Assembly: GCF_963506605.1 (NCBI RefSeq)
Contig: NC_083294.1
Span: forward strand, 30,070,001 to 30,134,000
DNA length: 64,000 nucleotides
DNA from: Zootoca vivipara
Taxonomy: Eukaryota
Direction of reading: 5' to 3'
How positions within the stretch are numbered: position 1 is the stretch's first letter; every line of letters begins with the position of its first letter. Position numbers and translations under genes: made by a program. Shown piece after piece: positions 33,001-45,554 of this stretch. The notes beneath the pieces are model-generated. The model was not told the DNA's origin. It saw only the letters and a program-made list of their open reading frames with translations, and ran no database searches.

Positions 33001-36000
33001 CATCTCAGTGGGGGAGTAGGCCCCACTGACTTGCACAGTGACGGTTGGTCATAATGTTTATCACTTCTTCTCTTCAGGGCGGCTCGCAGAAAAAAATTAG
33101 AAGAGCTGAAAACGTAGGAGGATCTTTAAAAAATAATAATAATGAAGCATTAATAGAATTAAGATCAATTTATCTACATTAAAAACATACAGAAAACACT
33201 GCTGCAGGTGGTATGAAACACCCCTTCCACATTCGTAAAATCGCAACCCTGTAGTGTGGCAGCTCCTGCACTTTGGAACTCCTTGCATATTGAGATTAAG
33301 CAGGCGCCACTGCTGTACTCTTTTCCATGTCTCCTAAAGCATTGTTATTTAGACACGCCTACCCATATTCAGGACCCAGGTGGCGCTGTGGGTTAAACCA
33401 CTGAGCCTAGGGCTTGCTGATCAGAAGGTCGGCGGTTCGAATCCCTGTGACAGTTCAAAAGCACATCAAAGTGCAAGTAGATAAATAGGAACCGCTACAG
33501 CGGGAAGGTAAACGGCATTTCCATGTGCTGCTCTGGTTCGCCAGAAGCGGCTTTGTCATGCTGGCCACATGACCTGGAAGCTATACGCCGGCTCCCTCGG
33601 CCAATAACGCGAGATGAGCACCGCAACCCCAGAGTCTGCTCAGTTTGAAAGCAAGTTTTCATAAATTAATATCTGCTTAAATGATCTTGCATGTGTGCGA
33701 GATGTAAAAATGAAGAAGGGTTTTTCAGTGAGGGTAAGCATATCCTGGAATCACAATCTTAATGTGTTGCTGCTGCCATTGTATGCACATCTACCTGGAG
33801 TGAGCTCCATTTAATACAGTGGGATGCATGCCCAAGTAAGCACGTGCAATGTTGTGTTTCATATGTCTTTCTTCATTTATCCACAGGTTGGTGCTAACCG
33901 AATAGTTCATATACACTCCGTGATCATTCTACACCGGTCAGATAAGAGAAAAGATCGTGTGGAGATTTCTCCAGAGCAGCTCTCAGCTGCTTCAACAGAA
34001 GCAGAGATATCCTTTGACAGAAATTATGGGGTAATCACTTGAGTATTTTCAAGGCAGGTAGTCCTCAAAGGGCATGAGATTTTGGGAAAGTGACTTAAAT
34101 CACTTTGCAAGTGATGGCCTAGAAGGGAAATGTCCTGCCCATAGTTCTCTGCTTCTTTCCTTTGCTGTTCTGAAAGAGCATTTCATAATAATAGTATGTG
34201 CGCGTGTTTGAGATTGGCAAATGTAAGAACATGTGTATTTTTAATTGCATGACTAGGTTTGCAGTTGGGAGTTATTTTTAATTTTTGGAGAAACCTTAAC
34301 TAACACACAGATTGGCTAAGTTAACAGGGCAGCCTACAAGAGTTGTCGGCTGGTATCATTCTCATCCCCACATAACAGTTTGGCCATCACACGTAGGTAA
34401 GAGTTTTCTTCTGGGTAAGACATGTGTCCATCATCCAATATATGCTGACTTGAGGTGGACCACTTTTTAAGGGGGTGAGATACCTGAAAGATTTTGTATG
34501 TGTGTATATGAGAGAGACAGAGAGAGAGAATATAATGCAAAGATAAGATCTTGTGACAGGTGGAGCCTTCATTTTCCCACCAAGCAGGACCTGTATGAGC
34601 TGAATGCTTCTGGCAAAGAATCTTTGCTGATTACAATAGGCTTTTGGGGGTGATTGCACTTCTTTTGTTCCATTATAGAAACATAGGAAGCCGTCTTATG
34701 CCAAGTCAGACCACTGATCACTTAGCTCAATATTTGTCCACACTGACTGGCAGTGACTCCCCGGGACCAACATGGTGATGCTGAAGATTGAACCAAAGAC
34801 TTTCTGTTTGCAAAACACACACCATGGCCCTTTTTGTACCTGACTTGGGAAGAAGGAAATGCATTAAAAAATTCGTGTGTGTGTCCCCCCACCAAAAAAT
34901 AAAATAAAATCTAAAGGCATCAGGCTCGTATTTATATGGTTTCCCTACAAAGTTTTACAGTACTTGAACACAAGATGTTATGCATTGGCTGCTTGAAGCG
35001 TGATCAGTACATTTGTACAATTTCATTGGTTAATAAAAACATGCTCCTATCTGCATACATCCTATCTATGGCAACAGTTAGCTTTTAGCAAAGTTGCATT
35101 TTTAGCTTGGCCTACAAACCATATCAGCTAGGTGTGACCTATTCCTGATTTACCAGTGTCCACCTTGGAGACTGTTATGTTTGAGTTACCTGCTTTTACT
35201 CCTCAAGGCCACCTAATGCTTGCTGTTGTGTGCCAAGTGATAATGAAGCGAGAGCCCCTGAGGAATGGTAGACTGAGAGAAGAGAAGATACGGTTTTTAT
35301 TCACAGAGGAGTGTGCAGGGAGAAAAAGGGGAAAGTGCAGTTTGTGCAAAAGGGGAGAAAGCAGTTTGCCCCCCAGTCAGGGAGAAGAAGAGCCCCAAAA
35401 TCGAAATCTATAAATAGAGCCAGAAGATGCAGCAGGAGATGATTAAATAAGGGACTCTCAGGGCTATCTTAGATTTGACTGTAGAGGCTTACATTATTGT
35501 ATGGTAACTTTTGTTTTCAAATGTCATACAAATCTCTTCTCCAGTGCTCTCTGCTGTTCCTGAAAAAAATGACATCTGTGATCTTTCCTTGTCTGGCTTG
35601 ATCCAGTGGGTTCTGTTAGGCCGGGGAATGTAGAATTTGTAATTTGTTTTGCCAATTGTATGCCTGCAGACCTCTGCACACAAGCGATGTATCAGATGAT
35701 GGACCAAGACTTCGTGGGGCTTATCTTCTCTTGTTTCAATGATGACAAAAACACAAAGGTAAATAAATGACACCCATTCCTGTGTTGTAGCCAGTATTGC
35801 TCTCTGTTCCTTTCTGAAAAGAATGCACTGTTCTTTCTGGAGCCTGGATTAGATCACTTGTCTTCACTAGTGGGTTGTGGCCTAATTCAAGGTAGGTCAC
35901 AACAGGAGCATTACTACCATGCAAATATATGATTAGAGATTAAGAAATAGGTCCCCAAATGCATGTTTGGGTTAAAAGTGGGTCTTGGGTCTGAAAACAT

Positions 36001-39000
36001 TGAAGATCCCTGGATTGGAGATACTTGAAGTAGTGAACTCATAAAGGTAAAGGGACCCCTGACTATTAGGTCCAGTCGTGACCAACTCTGGGGTTGCGGC
36101 GCTCATCTCGCGTTATTGGCCGAGGGAGCCGGCGTACAGCTTCTGGGTCATGTGGCCAGCATGACTAAGCCGCTTCTGGCTGTGGTTACAATTTCAGCAT
36201 TGTTTGTGAGCTGAGTGGTTTTAATCCCGAGGCACAGAAAATTAGAGTTGAGGTGTAGACTAGGTCTCTCCCTTTCATTTGTTAATGTTATGATTTGTCA
36301 CTTTGGTTTCAGTGATTACACACATATAAATTCAGTGAAACAAGTGCATGAGCTTGGAGAAGGTAATTAGGGTCCCAGCTTGGTCCTTTGTGTTTTAGAG
36401 TGCACACCCGCAAATCCAGGCTCCCTAACTTTCCCCATACTTGGGTCTGCAGATGTTGCTGAGCCCCATTAAAAATGGACAGGCATAAAATGTGGGAAGA
36501 TACTAAGAGGGTGCATTGGGGAAAGGCAGACTGTCTTCTTTGGAATACCTAAGCATGGTCTGAAGTTCCGTTTCTGAGCCACTTAATCTGGATTAGGGGG
36601 ATTGCTAGTGCTGTGGTTTAGTGAACAGTAATTGGAGGAATAATGTTCCTCCAACAATGTTGGAAGAATTTAGCAGTGGGTGTTACAATAGGGGAACACA
36701 AATGCAAAGACAACATGCACAAAGCTGTCCAGGAATGACCTGAGAAGGAAATAAAAGAACACACACACACACACACACACACACCCCACACTGGTATTGA
36801 CATCAATAGTCATCTTCCATAGTAAACAACAACTTCAAGGAAGGGGGCATGGTTTTTGTTGCAACTGCATGTGTGGGTGTGGGAGGGTTTAATCACCCTG
36901 CTCAAAAGCAACAGTAATTCTAATTGTGCACCTACAACTACTATTAAACAGAAACAAAACCCAGGTATGTTCATTGGGACAATGAACGTCACACTTGGCA
37001 GTATATTCCCTAAATAGGCTCCTTCTGCAGCAATCAGTCTTCAAGGTGCCATTGGATTGTTTATCATTTAATGGAATGTGAGCTTTAATCTCTGGCTGGA
37101 GAGCAGTGGGTGGAATGAAACTTTGTGTGAAATGGGATGTATGCCAGTGCAACTATGTCCACTCTTGCAACAAGACTCCCCCTCCCCAGACCAGCTCATT
37201 GTGCTAAACCTGTTATAGGGCTTCTCCCAATCATCCAGAAAAGATTTAGGGAGCACAGGGGCATCGTGGGGAAGAAGGGAAAGTTCTGCTACATGGAATA
37301 ACTTGGTTGAATCCCACCCAGTGTGTATATTTCCTTCTTCCCTGAACACCTGAATAGGGTGTCACTACATAGAGATGTGTGGCTCTTTCGGGGTTTGGAT
37401 AATCAAACACCCTGTTGTATGATAATCTCTTTCTTTAACTCAGATAAATCTGCTGTTTATTCCAGACTGGCCGGATTCTGTTCACCTGCTTCCAGTCCAT
37501 TCAAGCCCAAAAGAGCTCCGAGTAAGTGCTCTGTTAAGTAGGAGCGTTTGGCAAACTCAATGACTCAGCCTTTCTCACTTTTCTTTGAACCTCAGCTTCA
37601 GTGGTTACTTTTTATTTGTAGCAGTGCTGCTATGTTTTACTTCTCAATTCTTCATCTCTAGGCAATTCTGGGGGAAGGGGAATAAGTGTTCCAATATTGC
37701 TAATGTTTCTGCCCAGTGTTCAAAATTCTCATTGTTTTGGGTGCATTTTGCGACAGGGAATTTCATTAGCGTGAGCAGTTTCTGAGCTCTGGGCACAGTA
37801 CTGTGCCTAATATTTCAGATTAAAACTGCAGAGTGGAAGGAAAGGAGAAGCTTTTTCTGCTTCCCCACTTCCAGCTACTCTCTGAAAAATGGAGAAGAGA
37901 CCCGCTTAAGAATATTAGGGGGGTGGGCAGGGAAAGGATTAGACCATGTGAAAAATGAACATAATATTTTAGCTGCAGTTCGTTCACTTTCATCTTTGTA
38001 TTCTTGTTATAAAAAAGTGTGCCTAGACATTCCATTGTTGCGCCCAGCTGCTTGTATCTTTATAGTTCCTGTTTTTCACCTGGCATCTATGGATGATATA
38101 GTGTGCACACCTCTCTAGAGTAAGCCCCACTTAACACAGTGTGTATGTGCTGTGTATATTGTGCTCTTCTAGAGTTTACTTCTCTTACTGGGCTGAATAT
38201 TGTATTTTTATAAGTTCTTATCCTTTTTCTGTTGCATTTTAATATAGTTTTATGGTTTTAAACTTGTATTGATTTTATATTGTGAATATGTGTGGTGGAA
38301 GCTGCCCTTGTGAGGGTTTGGTCCTAAAAGACAGCCAACAAATACTTCAAATTAATAAATAAAAATGACTTCCAACTAAGCACGCATAGAATTATGCTGT
38401 CAAGTCTCCAAAAATGGAACAGTAACACAAATATTCTTCCCCTTGTAGGTATGAAAGGATTGAAATTCCTGTTCATATAATTCCTCACACTACCATGGGG
38501 AAAGCGTGTCTTGAGTCAATGATGGAGCTCCCCAGGATCTTGTGTCAAGAGGAGCAAGATGCTTACAGGAAAATCCACAGGTAAAGTAAGAGCCAGGCTC
38601 CCTTCTTTGCTTTACTTGGATACCCTTATCACTTGCTCTCCTTTGCCATCAAGTACAGTGGTACCTCTGGTTACAAACTTAATTCGTTCCAGAGGTCCAT
38701 TCTTAAGCTGAAACCGTTCTTATCCTGAGGTGCGCTTTTGCTAATGAGGTCTCCCGCTGTGTGCATGCTTCTAGCGCACGATTTCCGTTCGCATCCTCGG
38801 GCAAAGTTCACAACCAGGAGCAGCTACCTTCAGGTTAGCGGAGTTCGTAACCAGAAGCGTTTGTAAACAGAGGTACCACTGTATGACAGAGGTATGCAGC
38901 CTGCAGCCTAAGGGTTCCATGCAGCTCTTGGCCTAATTTCATTGAGGGGGGACCCAAAGGCGTCCAAAAGCTGATACAGATGGCGGGAGAAGGGGGGCAA

Positions 39001-41286
39001 GACCTCTCAGAAGCTTTCAATACCATCGAGCATGGTATACTTCTGGACGACTCTCTGAACTAGGGGTGGGTGACACCGCTTTACGGTGGTTCCAGTCCTA
39101 CTTGGATGATCATTCCCAGAGGGTGTTGCTTGGGGAATGCTTTTCAGCCCCTTCGAACCTTCAGTGTGGGAGATTACACTTCCTCTGAAGGAGCAGGTTT
39201 ATAGTTTGGGGGTACTCCTAGATCTTTTGCTGTTGCTTGTGGCTCAGGTGGCCTCAGTGACCCAGAATGCCTTCCATCAGCTTCTGCTGGTGGCCCACCT
39301 ACGTCCCTATCTGGACAGGGATAGCCTAACTACTGTTGTCTATGCTCTGGTATCCTCAAGGTTAGATTACTGCAATGCGTTATATGTAGGGCTGCCTCTG
39401 AAGACAGTTCTAAAACTTCAGCTAGTACAGAATTCAGCAGCCAGGTTGTTCACCAGAGCAAGATGGTTTGAGTGCATTACACCGATCCTGGTCCGACTGC
39501 ACTGGCTACCAATTAGTTTCTGGGTCTAATTCAAAATTGCTGGTTTTAACCTATAAACCCTTAAACGGCTCAGGACCACAGTACCTTAAGGACTGCCCCA
39601 AACTTGGCCCTCCAGCTGTTTTGGGACTACAACTCCCGTCATCCCTGACTAACAGGACCAGTGGTCAAGGATGGTGGGAATTGTAGTCCCAAAACAGCTG
39701 GAGGGCTGAGTGGGGATGCCTGCTCTACCTGGACCCTAAGATCATCTTCTGAGGCCCTTCTTTGTGTGCCTCCTCGAGGTCCAGAGGGTGGCAACACAAG
39801 AACAGGCCTTCTCTGCAGTGGCTCCCCGTTTGTGGAATGCTCTCCCTAGGGAAGTTCACCTGGCGCCTTCATTATACATCTTTAGGTGCCAGGCTAAATG
39901 TTACTTTTTAGCCAGGCTTTTCATTGATTTGATTGACACCCTATTCCCTTTTAAAATGTGGGTTTTTTTTGAAGGGGGGTTATTGGGTTGCTGTTCTTAT
40001 TTTGATTATATATATTGTGGTTTAATATTTTGCTTTTCTGGGAACCACCCTGAGACCTCTGGGTATAGGGTGGTATATAATTTCAATTAATCATCATCAT
40101 TATAATCATCTGCAGGAGTAATTTGTCCCTCGCCTGGCAGTCTGCTGGGGTAGAAGAAAGAGGGTTTGAATTAAGTAAATCATGAAAATGTTGGTTTTGC
40201 AGAAGCATCTGCTTGACTACTGTGGGAATCAAGCTACTGGGACTAGAGGGTCTGATCCAGCAGAGAGCATTTCAAAATCCAATGTGGACCATGTGGTGAC
40301 CCTTGTCAGTAGCCAAGGAACCTCCTGTGGTCCAGGAAGTGGACATTGGCATGAACTGACCGGGAGGGAAGAACTACCTGGATTGTAGTCTTCATTTATT
40401 TTTGGAGGAAGTTGTTTTGTGAAGCCTGATAGAAAACATACTGACTTTTGTGCTTTGTGGGAGTGCTGACTTGACACCAGTGTACTCTCTTCCTCCATTT
40501 AGCCTTACTCATCTGGATCCCATAACCAAGATCCACAATGGTGCAGGTAAGGATTTCCAGGTCAAAAGTACAGGTGCCACACATTTTGGTACTTGAAACA
40601 TTTGCAGTCATCAGACTTTGGACCCTGATTGCCAGAGGCTTGACATTAAATGATAGTTGCTCCACACCAACAGTTTGAAATGTGTAGGTAAGCCTCTTCT
40701 GTTTAGATGTGAACAGTTTGCTGAAGGGAGTGCATTATCCTTATTACGTCGCTCCCAGTTTCACTAACCCCCTTCCATGCCTGGGAGGCAAGCCTCTCTT
40801 TTTTTTTTTGCCAGCATGCTAGCCTGAGTATCTTAATGCAAACTTGTCAGTAGTCTTGCTTCTTTCTTTTAATGGGTTTATCTTTGCTCTGTGAGCTTTT
40901 GGTGCCTGTCTTGCCTTCACAGTTAGGTATCTCTAAGCTGTTAAATTTTGAAGGGCCTATGGAATTTCTAATGCCGTATAGGATCAGGCTGTTAGGTCAG
41001 CCTTCAAGTGAATTGAGTGCCAAGGAAACCCTTACTGGTACACTGACACTCTGTAGAGATAGAGGGTTGTATCTCACCAGTTACTGCATTACTTCTTTCC
41101 TCGCCAGTGTTCACTAAGAAGCTCTGCAGCCAGATGTCTGTCATCAGTGGTCCTCTTATGCAGTGGCTGGAGGATCGCTTGAAGAAAAACAAAGAGAAGG
41201 TGCAGGAACTGCAGCAGGAGAAAGAGAAACTTCTGGAGGAACTCGCTGCCTTGGAGGGAGAAGAAGAAAAAAACCTCATGGCCTAA
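32765..41286 (+). CDS. BRCC3: Lys-63-specific deubiquitinase BRCC36, join(32765..32869,33887..34006,34309..34396,35670..35758,37466..37521,38449..38580,40503..40546,41108..41286), 270 aa
   Basis: MPN+/JAMM domain: EEVMGLCIGE, RSDKRKDRVEISPEQLSAASTEAE, GWYHSHPHITVWPSHVD (HxHx7Sx2D), C-terminal coiled coil. Exon lengths sum to 813 nt in frame. Confidence 0.96.
33372..33636 (+). mobile_element. Sauria SINE (internal deletion, 3'-truncated) in BRCC3 intron 1
   Basis: Same family. Confidence 0.85.
33887..34006 (+). CDS. BRCC3: BRCC3 exon 2
   Basis: VGANRIVHIHSVIILHRSDKRKDRVEISPEQLSAASTEAE; followed by U12 donor ATATCCTTT. Confidence 0.94.
34007..34308 (+). other. U12-type (minor spliceosome) AT-AC intron in BRCC3
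   Basis: 5' ATATCCTTT, branch point CCTTAAC at 34294-34300, terminal AC at 34307-34308; needed to keep the frame EAE|RLA. Confidence 0.93.
34309..34396 (+). CDS. BRCC3: BRCC3 exon 3 (JAMM histidines)
   Basis: RLAKLTGQPTRVVGWYHSHPHITVWPSHV; AC acceptor; donor GTAAG. Confidence 0.94.
35670..35758 (+). CDS. BRCC3: BRCC3 exon 4
   Basis: DLCTQAMYQMMDQDFVGLIFSCFNDDKNTK; AG and GT boundaries. Confidence 0.93.
36042..36180 (-). mobile_element. Sauria SINE 3' fragment in BRCC3 intron 4
   Basis: Reverse complement of the SINE 3' end (TAAAGGTAAAGGGACCCC...). Confidence 0.85.
36758..36784. repeat. (AC)n microsatellite
   Basis: Direct reading. Confidence 0.9.
37466..37521 (+). CDS. BRCC3: BRCC3 exon 5
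   Basis: TGRILFTCFQSIQAQKSSE; donor GTAAGT. Confidence 0.93.
38449..38580 (+). CDS. BRCC3: BRCC3 exon 6
   Basis: YERIEIPVHIIPHTTMGKACLESMMELPRILCQEEQDAYRKIH. Confidence 0.94.
38656..38881. mobile_element. Tc1/mariner (Tigger-like) MITE
   Basis: TA TSD; TIR CAGTGGTACCTCTG / CAGAGGTACCACTG; homologous to 21505-21721. Confidence 0.85.
39020..40105 (+). mobile_element. L2-clade LINE 3' fragment with nested hAT MITE
   Basis: ORF LGVLLD..LVSSRLDYCNALYVGLPLK..LQLVQNSAARL..LHWLPI typical of the L2 ORF2 C-terminus. Confidence 0.85.
40503..40546 (+). CDS. BRCC3: BRCC3 exon 7
   Basis: LTHLDPITKIHNGA; donor GTAAGG. Confidence 0.92.
41108..41286 (+). CDS. BRCC3: BRCC3 exon 8 (terminal coding part)
   Basis: FTKKLCSQMSVISGPLMQWLEDRL...LAALEGEEEKNLMA then TAA. 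Confidence 0.93.
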
Positions 41287-41439
41287 GAAACAGCCAACCC
41301 TCCTATCTTGTTGGGTACATTCTGTGCGTGATGCAGCACAGAAGCTTCAGTCAAGCGGTTAAGCTCACCACACAAAACATTTGTTTAGCAGAAACATTTG
41401 CTGTTTACTGTGGACAGCTACCTTAGGCAGCTACCTTAG

Positions 41440-41880
41440 GTGGGTTTTGGTTCGATTTGAGATGCTCCATCAATCTCTGCCATTTTGACAGTATTTCAGC
41501 TGGGACAACTTTTAGGAGTATAAATAAAATTCTGGGTACTCATCTTTCCAGTAGATATTCTCCCATACCATGAGATAGAAAAGGCATTCCAATATTATTT
41601 AAAGAGTTAGAATATTTCAGTATGGGTGCAGAACTCATCGGTTGGACTTAACTTTTGGAGCTCCAGTACAGAATGGGAAATGGAGGAATGTCAGAAACAT
41701 GCAATCTATCTAGAGGAGCTAGTCAAGAATGTCCTTTATTCCCCGTGCTCTTTGCCATTGTGATTGAAGCTTTGGCTATAGCAGTAAGAGAAAATGTACA
41801 CATCAATGGGATATAATATGGCTCTTTAGATACTAAGATAATTCTTTATGCTGATGAAGTGGTTCTCACAGTCTCACCCA
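41440..41880 (+). mobile_element. Degenerate L1/Tx1 RT fragment just downstream of the BRCC3 stop
   Basis: Translates in part to SRGASQECPLFPVLFAIVIEALAIAVR..ILYADE, matching RGTRQGCPLSPLLF and LYADD motifs. Confidence 0.7.
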
Positions 41881-42047
41881 AAGAAGATTTATCAAAAAGT
41901 CATAAGGTTATTGTCTAGTTAATAGTGAGACATCAGTTTTCCCCCCCTGTTTTTCGCTGTTCTTATTTTATCTGTATGCTGCCTTAAATTCCTGTTGGGG
42001 GTGGAATGTGGGATATAAATAAATAAGTAGATGATACAATAGTGCAC

Positions 42048-42101
42048 AGTGTTATAATGTTTCTGGCCATCTCTAGTGTTATAATGTTTCTGGCCATCTC
42101 T
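42048..42101. repeat. Perfect 27-bp tandem duplication
   Basis: AGTGTTATAATGTTTCTGGCCATCTCT twice. Confidence 0.92.
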
Positions 42102-42397
42102 TCACAGTGACTTTTTTTCATAAGCATTTCAAAAAAATTGCTGGAAAAGATAATCTTGGAAGGCTTTACCTTCTGTTCTATCACCACATGGCCCCTAGGG
42201 CACAGCTGAGCTAATGTTGATTTTTTAAAAGGGAAGAACTTTCAAACATTTGAACTTGGAGAGAAAATGAGGGGAATCTGCAAGTGTGTTTGTCTCTGTT
42301 GTTTCAAATCAAATACCTTTATTGGCATCACAATATAAAACGTTTCAAAACACAGGCATAATTAAAAGGACAAGGGTGAAGCTGTCAAAGGTTATAG

Positions 42398-42741
42398 CAG
42401 GGGTCGGCAACCTAAGGCCCATGGGCCACAAGCAGCCCATGGGGGTCGTTTAACTGGCCCACGAGCTGCCCCTGAACTGAGCTGCCCGCTCGGCGAGTCC
42501 CCACATGCTGCACTAAACCAGCGCAGTGTGGGGACTCGCTTCCGTGGTGCCAGAAATCGAGACTTCCGGTGTCTGCGCAGGCAGGATTTCCAGCGTCTGA
42601 GCATGCCAGAAATCCCATCTGCGCAGATGTAGGTGCCAGAAATTGCGGGCGCACACGCTCACATGCGGGTGCAATCCGGCTCATAAAGGGATCTCCGCTG
42701 GAGTGAACCAGCCCAGGCAAGGTAAACCTTGCCAACCCCTG
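42398..42741. mobile_element. Non-autonomous hAT (Charlie-like) element
   Basis: TIRs CAGGGGTCGGCAA / TTGCCAACCCCTG with perfect 8-bp TSD GGTTATAG. Confidence 0.88.
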
Positions 42742-44613
42742 GGTTATAGGGTGGTCACACTGTGGTCATGTGCCCTTAGATATTCTGCCACACCCAGTCA
42801 ATTTCCTGAAGGGATGGTTCATTGGGAACCATTTTGGGTAAAATTGTGGCTAAAAAGGAAGCTACTAGAGCAGTCGTATCTTTGTCCCGATCTGCCAATA
42901 GAAACCTTATTTGGCTTCTTCTCGGAGTTATGGGCTGGAGGTCCAACATTTTACCCAGCATCAGTTGGTGAGGCTTGCTATGTAAAGGCCAATCTAAGAG
43001 AATGTGGTCCATTGAATCTGGTTCTTGGTTGTAGGCACACATAATTATTTCCTATCAGATTTTTCACCTCATGCCATAATCTGAAGAGTGGTGTGACATC
43101 ATTCTGCAATCACATTCTCACCTCTAGTTTGGTCTTTAACCTGTTTCTGCCTATGAGCACTAAACTTTAAAGTCCTTCAGAATCAGAGCTTAAAGTGATC
43201 ACTTTAACTTTTATCTGTGGCCACCTGCTTCTTGAAGATAAGAGCCAGGGGTTTGAAGAGCTGATGGGAAGTGTCTTGAAAGGACAGCTGTGGCTGCAGT
43301 TTCTTACAACAGCGTCTCTGACAACGTTGCTAATGCTGTCCTTTAATCCTCACTGTGATCATCTAGAAACATCCGAAGTGCATGCAGGCCTGGAAGGGGC
43401 TGCTGCTTCCCTCTCCCTTTTCCCCCCAGTTCCAACATGTGCTAAAACTGAGTTTATCCTTGGCACAGCAATTGGTCTTCAAAGTCTATGCTTGGCACAG
43501 CAAAGCTGTTTCTTCCCCCAGTCTTGATGTCAAGAAACTTCTTCAGGGATTGGAGAAACTTCAGCTAATGATCATTTTTACGGATCAACAACTTGATAAA
43601 TGGGGTGGTGGCATCCCTGCTTTAAGATGATGGGTTAGCCCAGGAGCCCACACTCGAGTTGTCAACATACTGAGCAAAAATGTCTGTCTGAAAACATGAA
43701 AGTCTTCTAACTGTGGGATCGGGTGTGTTATGCAATCAAGGACCACAGGGCCAAAGAACAAAGGATTAAAAGCACCTTTTGGTGTTTGGGAATCCCAGAC
43801 AGTTAATGGCCTAATTTTTGTGGGGCGGTCTGCTAATGACCCAGAAAATGATGGGCATAATTTTAGAGGGCTCTCCTAATGATATTCCGAAGCAATTGAC
43901 ACAAGGTTTAACTTAAATGCAATTAAGCATTTAAGGGAATAAATTAGAGGCTTATCAAATAAAATACAGGATATTTCAAAGGCACTTGCGCTTAGTATGA
44001 GGCCTGTGGATGATGTTAAAGCCCTGCAAAAAGTGATGCTGGATGCACCTTCACATGGTAGATTGGGAGGACCACAGCAGATGATGTAATTTGATGGTCC
44101 AGAGCCCTTGGAAGGCACTAAGTCAGTGTGGTTTTTGTCAATGGGCAGAATAGCCTATTCCCAGGTTTGCATCTCAGCTGCAGGATGTGGAGAGAGTGCA
44201 GAAAGCACTCTGTCCAAAGCTGTCTCAGGAGCATAAACTTCAGGTGTTGAGAATGGGGGTGGGTGGGATTTTGAGACTCTGTTGTAAGTTGCAACATCCC
44301 TTTAGTACAACAAGGCAATACAGCATTGATAGGAGGAGGTGCAAACAATAAAGGTACACCTGAGGCAACATGCTGCTTTAGGAGGGAAAAACAGGCTGGA
44401 TAGTATACCTACAGGGCTGCCTTCCAAGAAGGGAATGGCTGGGGTGGCTATTTTGCTTCTTCCCCCGCACAGCATTTGCTGCTTGAAGTGGCTGCCTCCT
44501 TTTGCCTAATGGTAGGACTGATCCTGCAGGTGTTGGCCACATATTTGGAAACCCTCCTTTTTAGCATTGTGCAGTACAAACAGATTTTAAATAGGATTGT
44601 GATTTTCAGTATA

Positions 44614-44839
44614 CAAGTGGTACCTCGGTTTACAAACTTAATCCGTTCCGGAAGTCTGTTCTTAAACTGAAACCGTTCTTAAACCGAGGCACGCTTTCCC
44701 TAATGAGGCCTCCCACTGCCGGTGCCCTTCCACCATTCACATTCTGTTCTTAGACCGAGGTAAAGTTCGCAAACTGGAACACTACTTCCAGTTTTGTGGA
44801 GTTCGTAAACAGGGCTGTTCTTAAACTGAGGAACCACTG
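44614..44839. mobile_element. Tc1/mariner (Tigger-like) MITE
   Basis: TA flanks; same family as the 21505 and 38656 copies. Confidence 0.8.
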
Positions 44840-45554
44840 TACTGATTTCAAACTCAGTGCATTGGGGAATGGAAGCAATAATGTGCAGCTTCCCTGGTAA
44901 ATGGGTAGAGTACCCAGAGTACAACCAGCCTCATTTGGAGTGTTGCTTGGCTTGGCTGTTCATATCTTAATTTCCTCCTGCACTTTTTCAGTTTGCGCAG
45001 GGTATGCTCATGCTTGACCTCTTAACATTCCTTGCACGCTATTATCCTGCTGCTGGCAGGTCATGTTGGCTACATGCAATGATGGTCTTGAGAGCTTCCC
45101 TTTTCAACAGCAAAGGGTGCTTCTAGCAGTTGGACGTCTTAGTAAGGAGATGAAAAGTGTAGGTTGGCCTGCGGTGGGAGAAGGCTATAGCCCATTTCCC
45201 ATCCAGGTGCAAATATAATGGGCCGTGGGATTGCCATGTGTGCCTCTGTAATTAGGGTAATGTGATGCTTAGAGGACGGGATGCAATGCTTGGAGAAGAG
45301 ATTCTTTCCATTGGAAAGAAGATTGAATGTTGGTGGTGGAAAAAGATGACCACAGCTGGAAGTGACAGGAGAATTTGGTCCCAAGTGTGAGGCATTTAGA
45401 GAAAGCCTCAGCAGATGGTTCAAGAAATGACCTCGTCATTAACTTGTCCATTAACTTGTTATTGGCCACTCCCAAATCTGATCACTTAGACCTTGAGGTG
45501 TACGCCATCAAATGCTAGCAGTGCCCTTCAGCTCTCTATATTGGATAGACAGGC

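Noticed and set aside
32870-33886. Absence of the small human BRCC3 exons (LNDDT..AEK segment)
   Set aside because: Exon 1 splices in frame to exon 2; the shorter form is the usual non-mammalian state as I recall, not a loss specific to this species.
43870-44060. AT-rich, TAAT-rich stretch resembling a conserved non-coding element or coiled-coil exon
   Set aside because: In-frame stop, no clear acceptor, and conservation cannot be assessed without an alignment.
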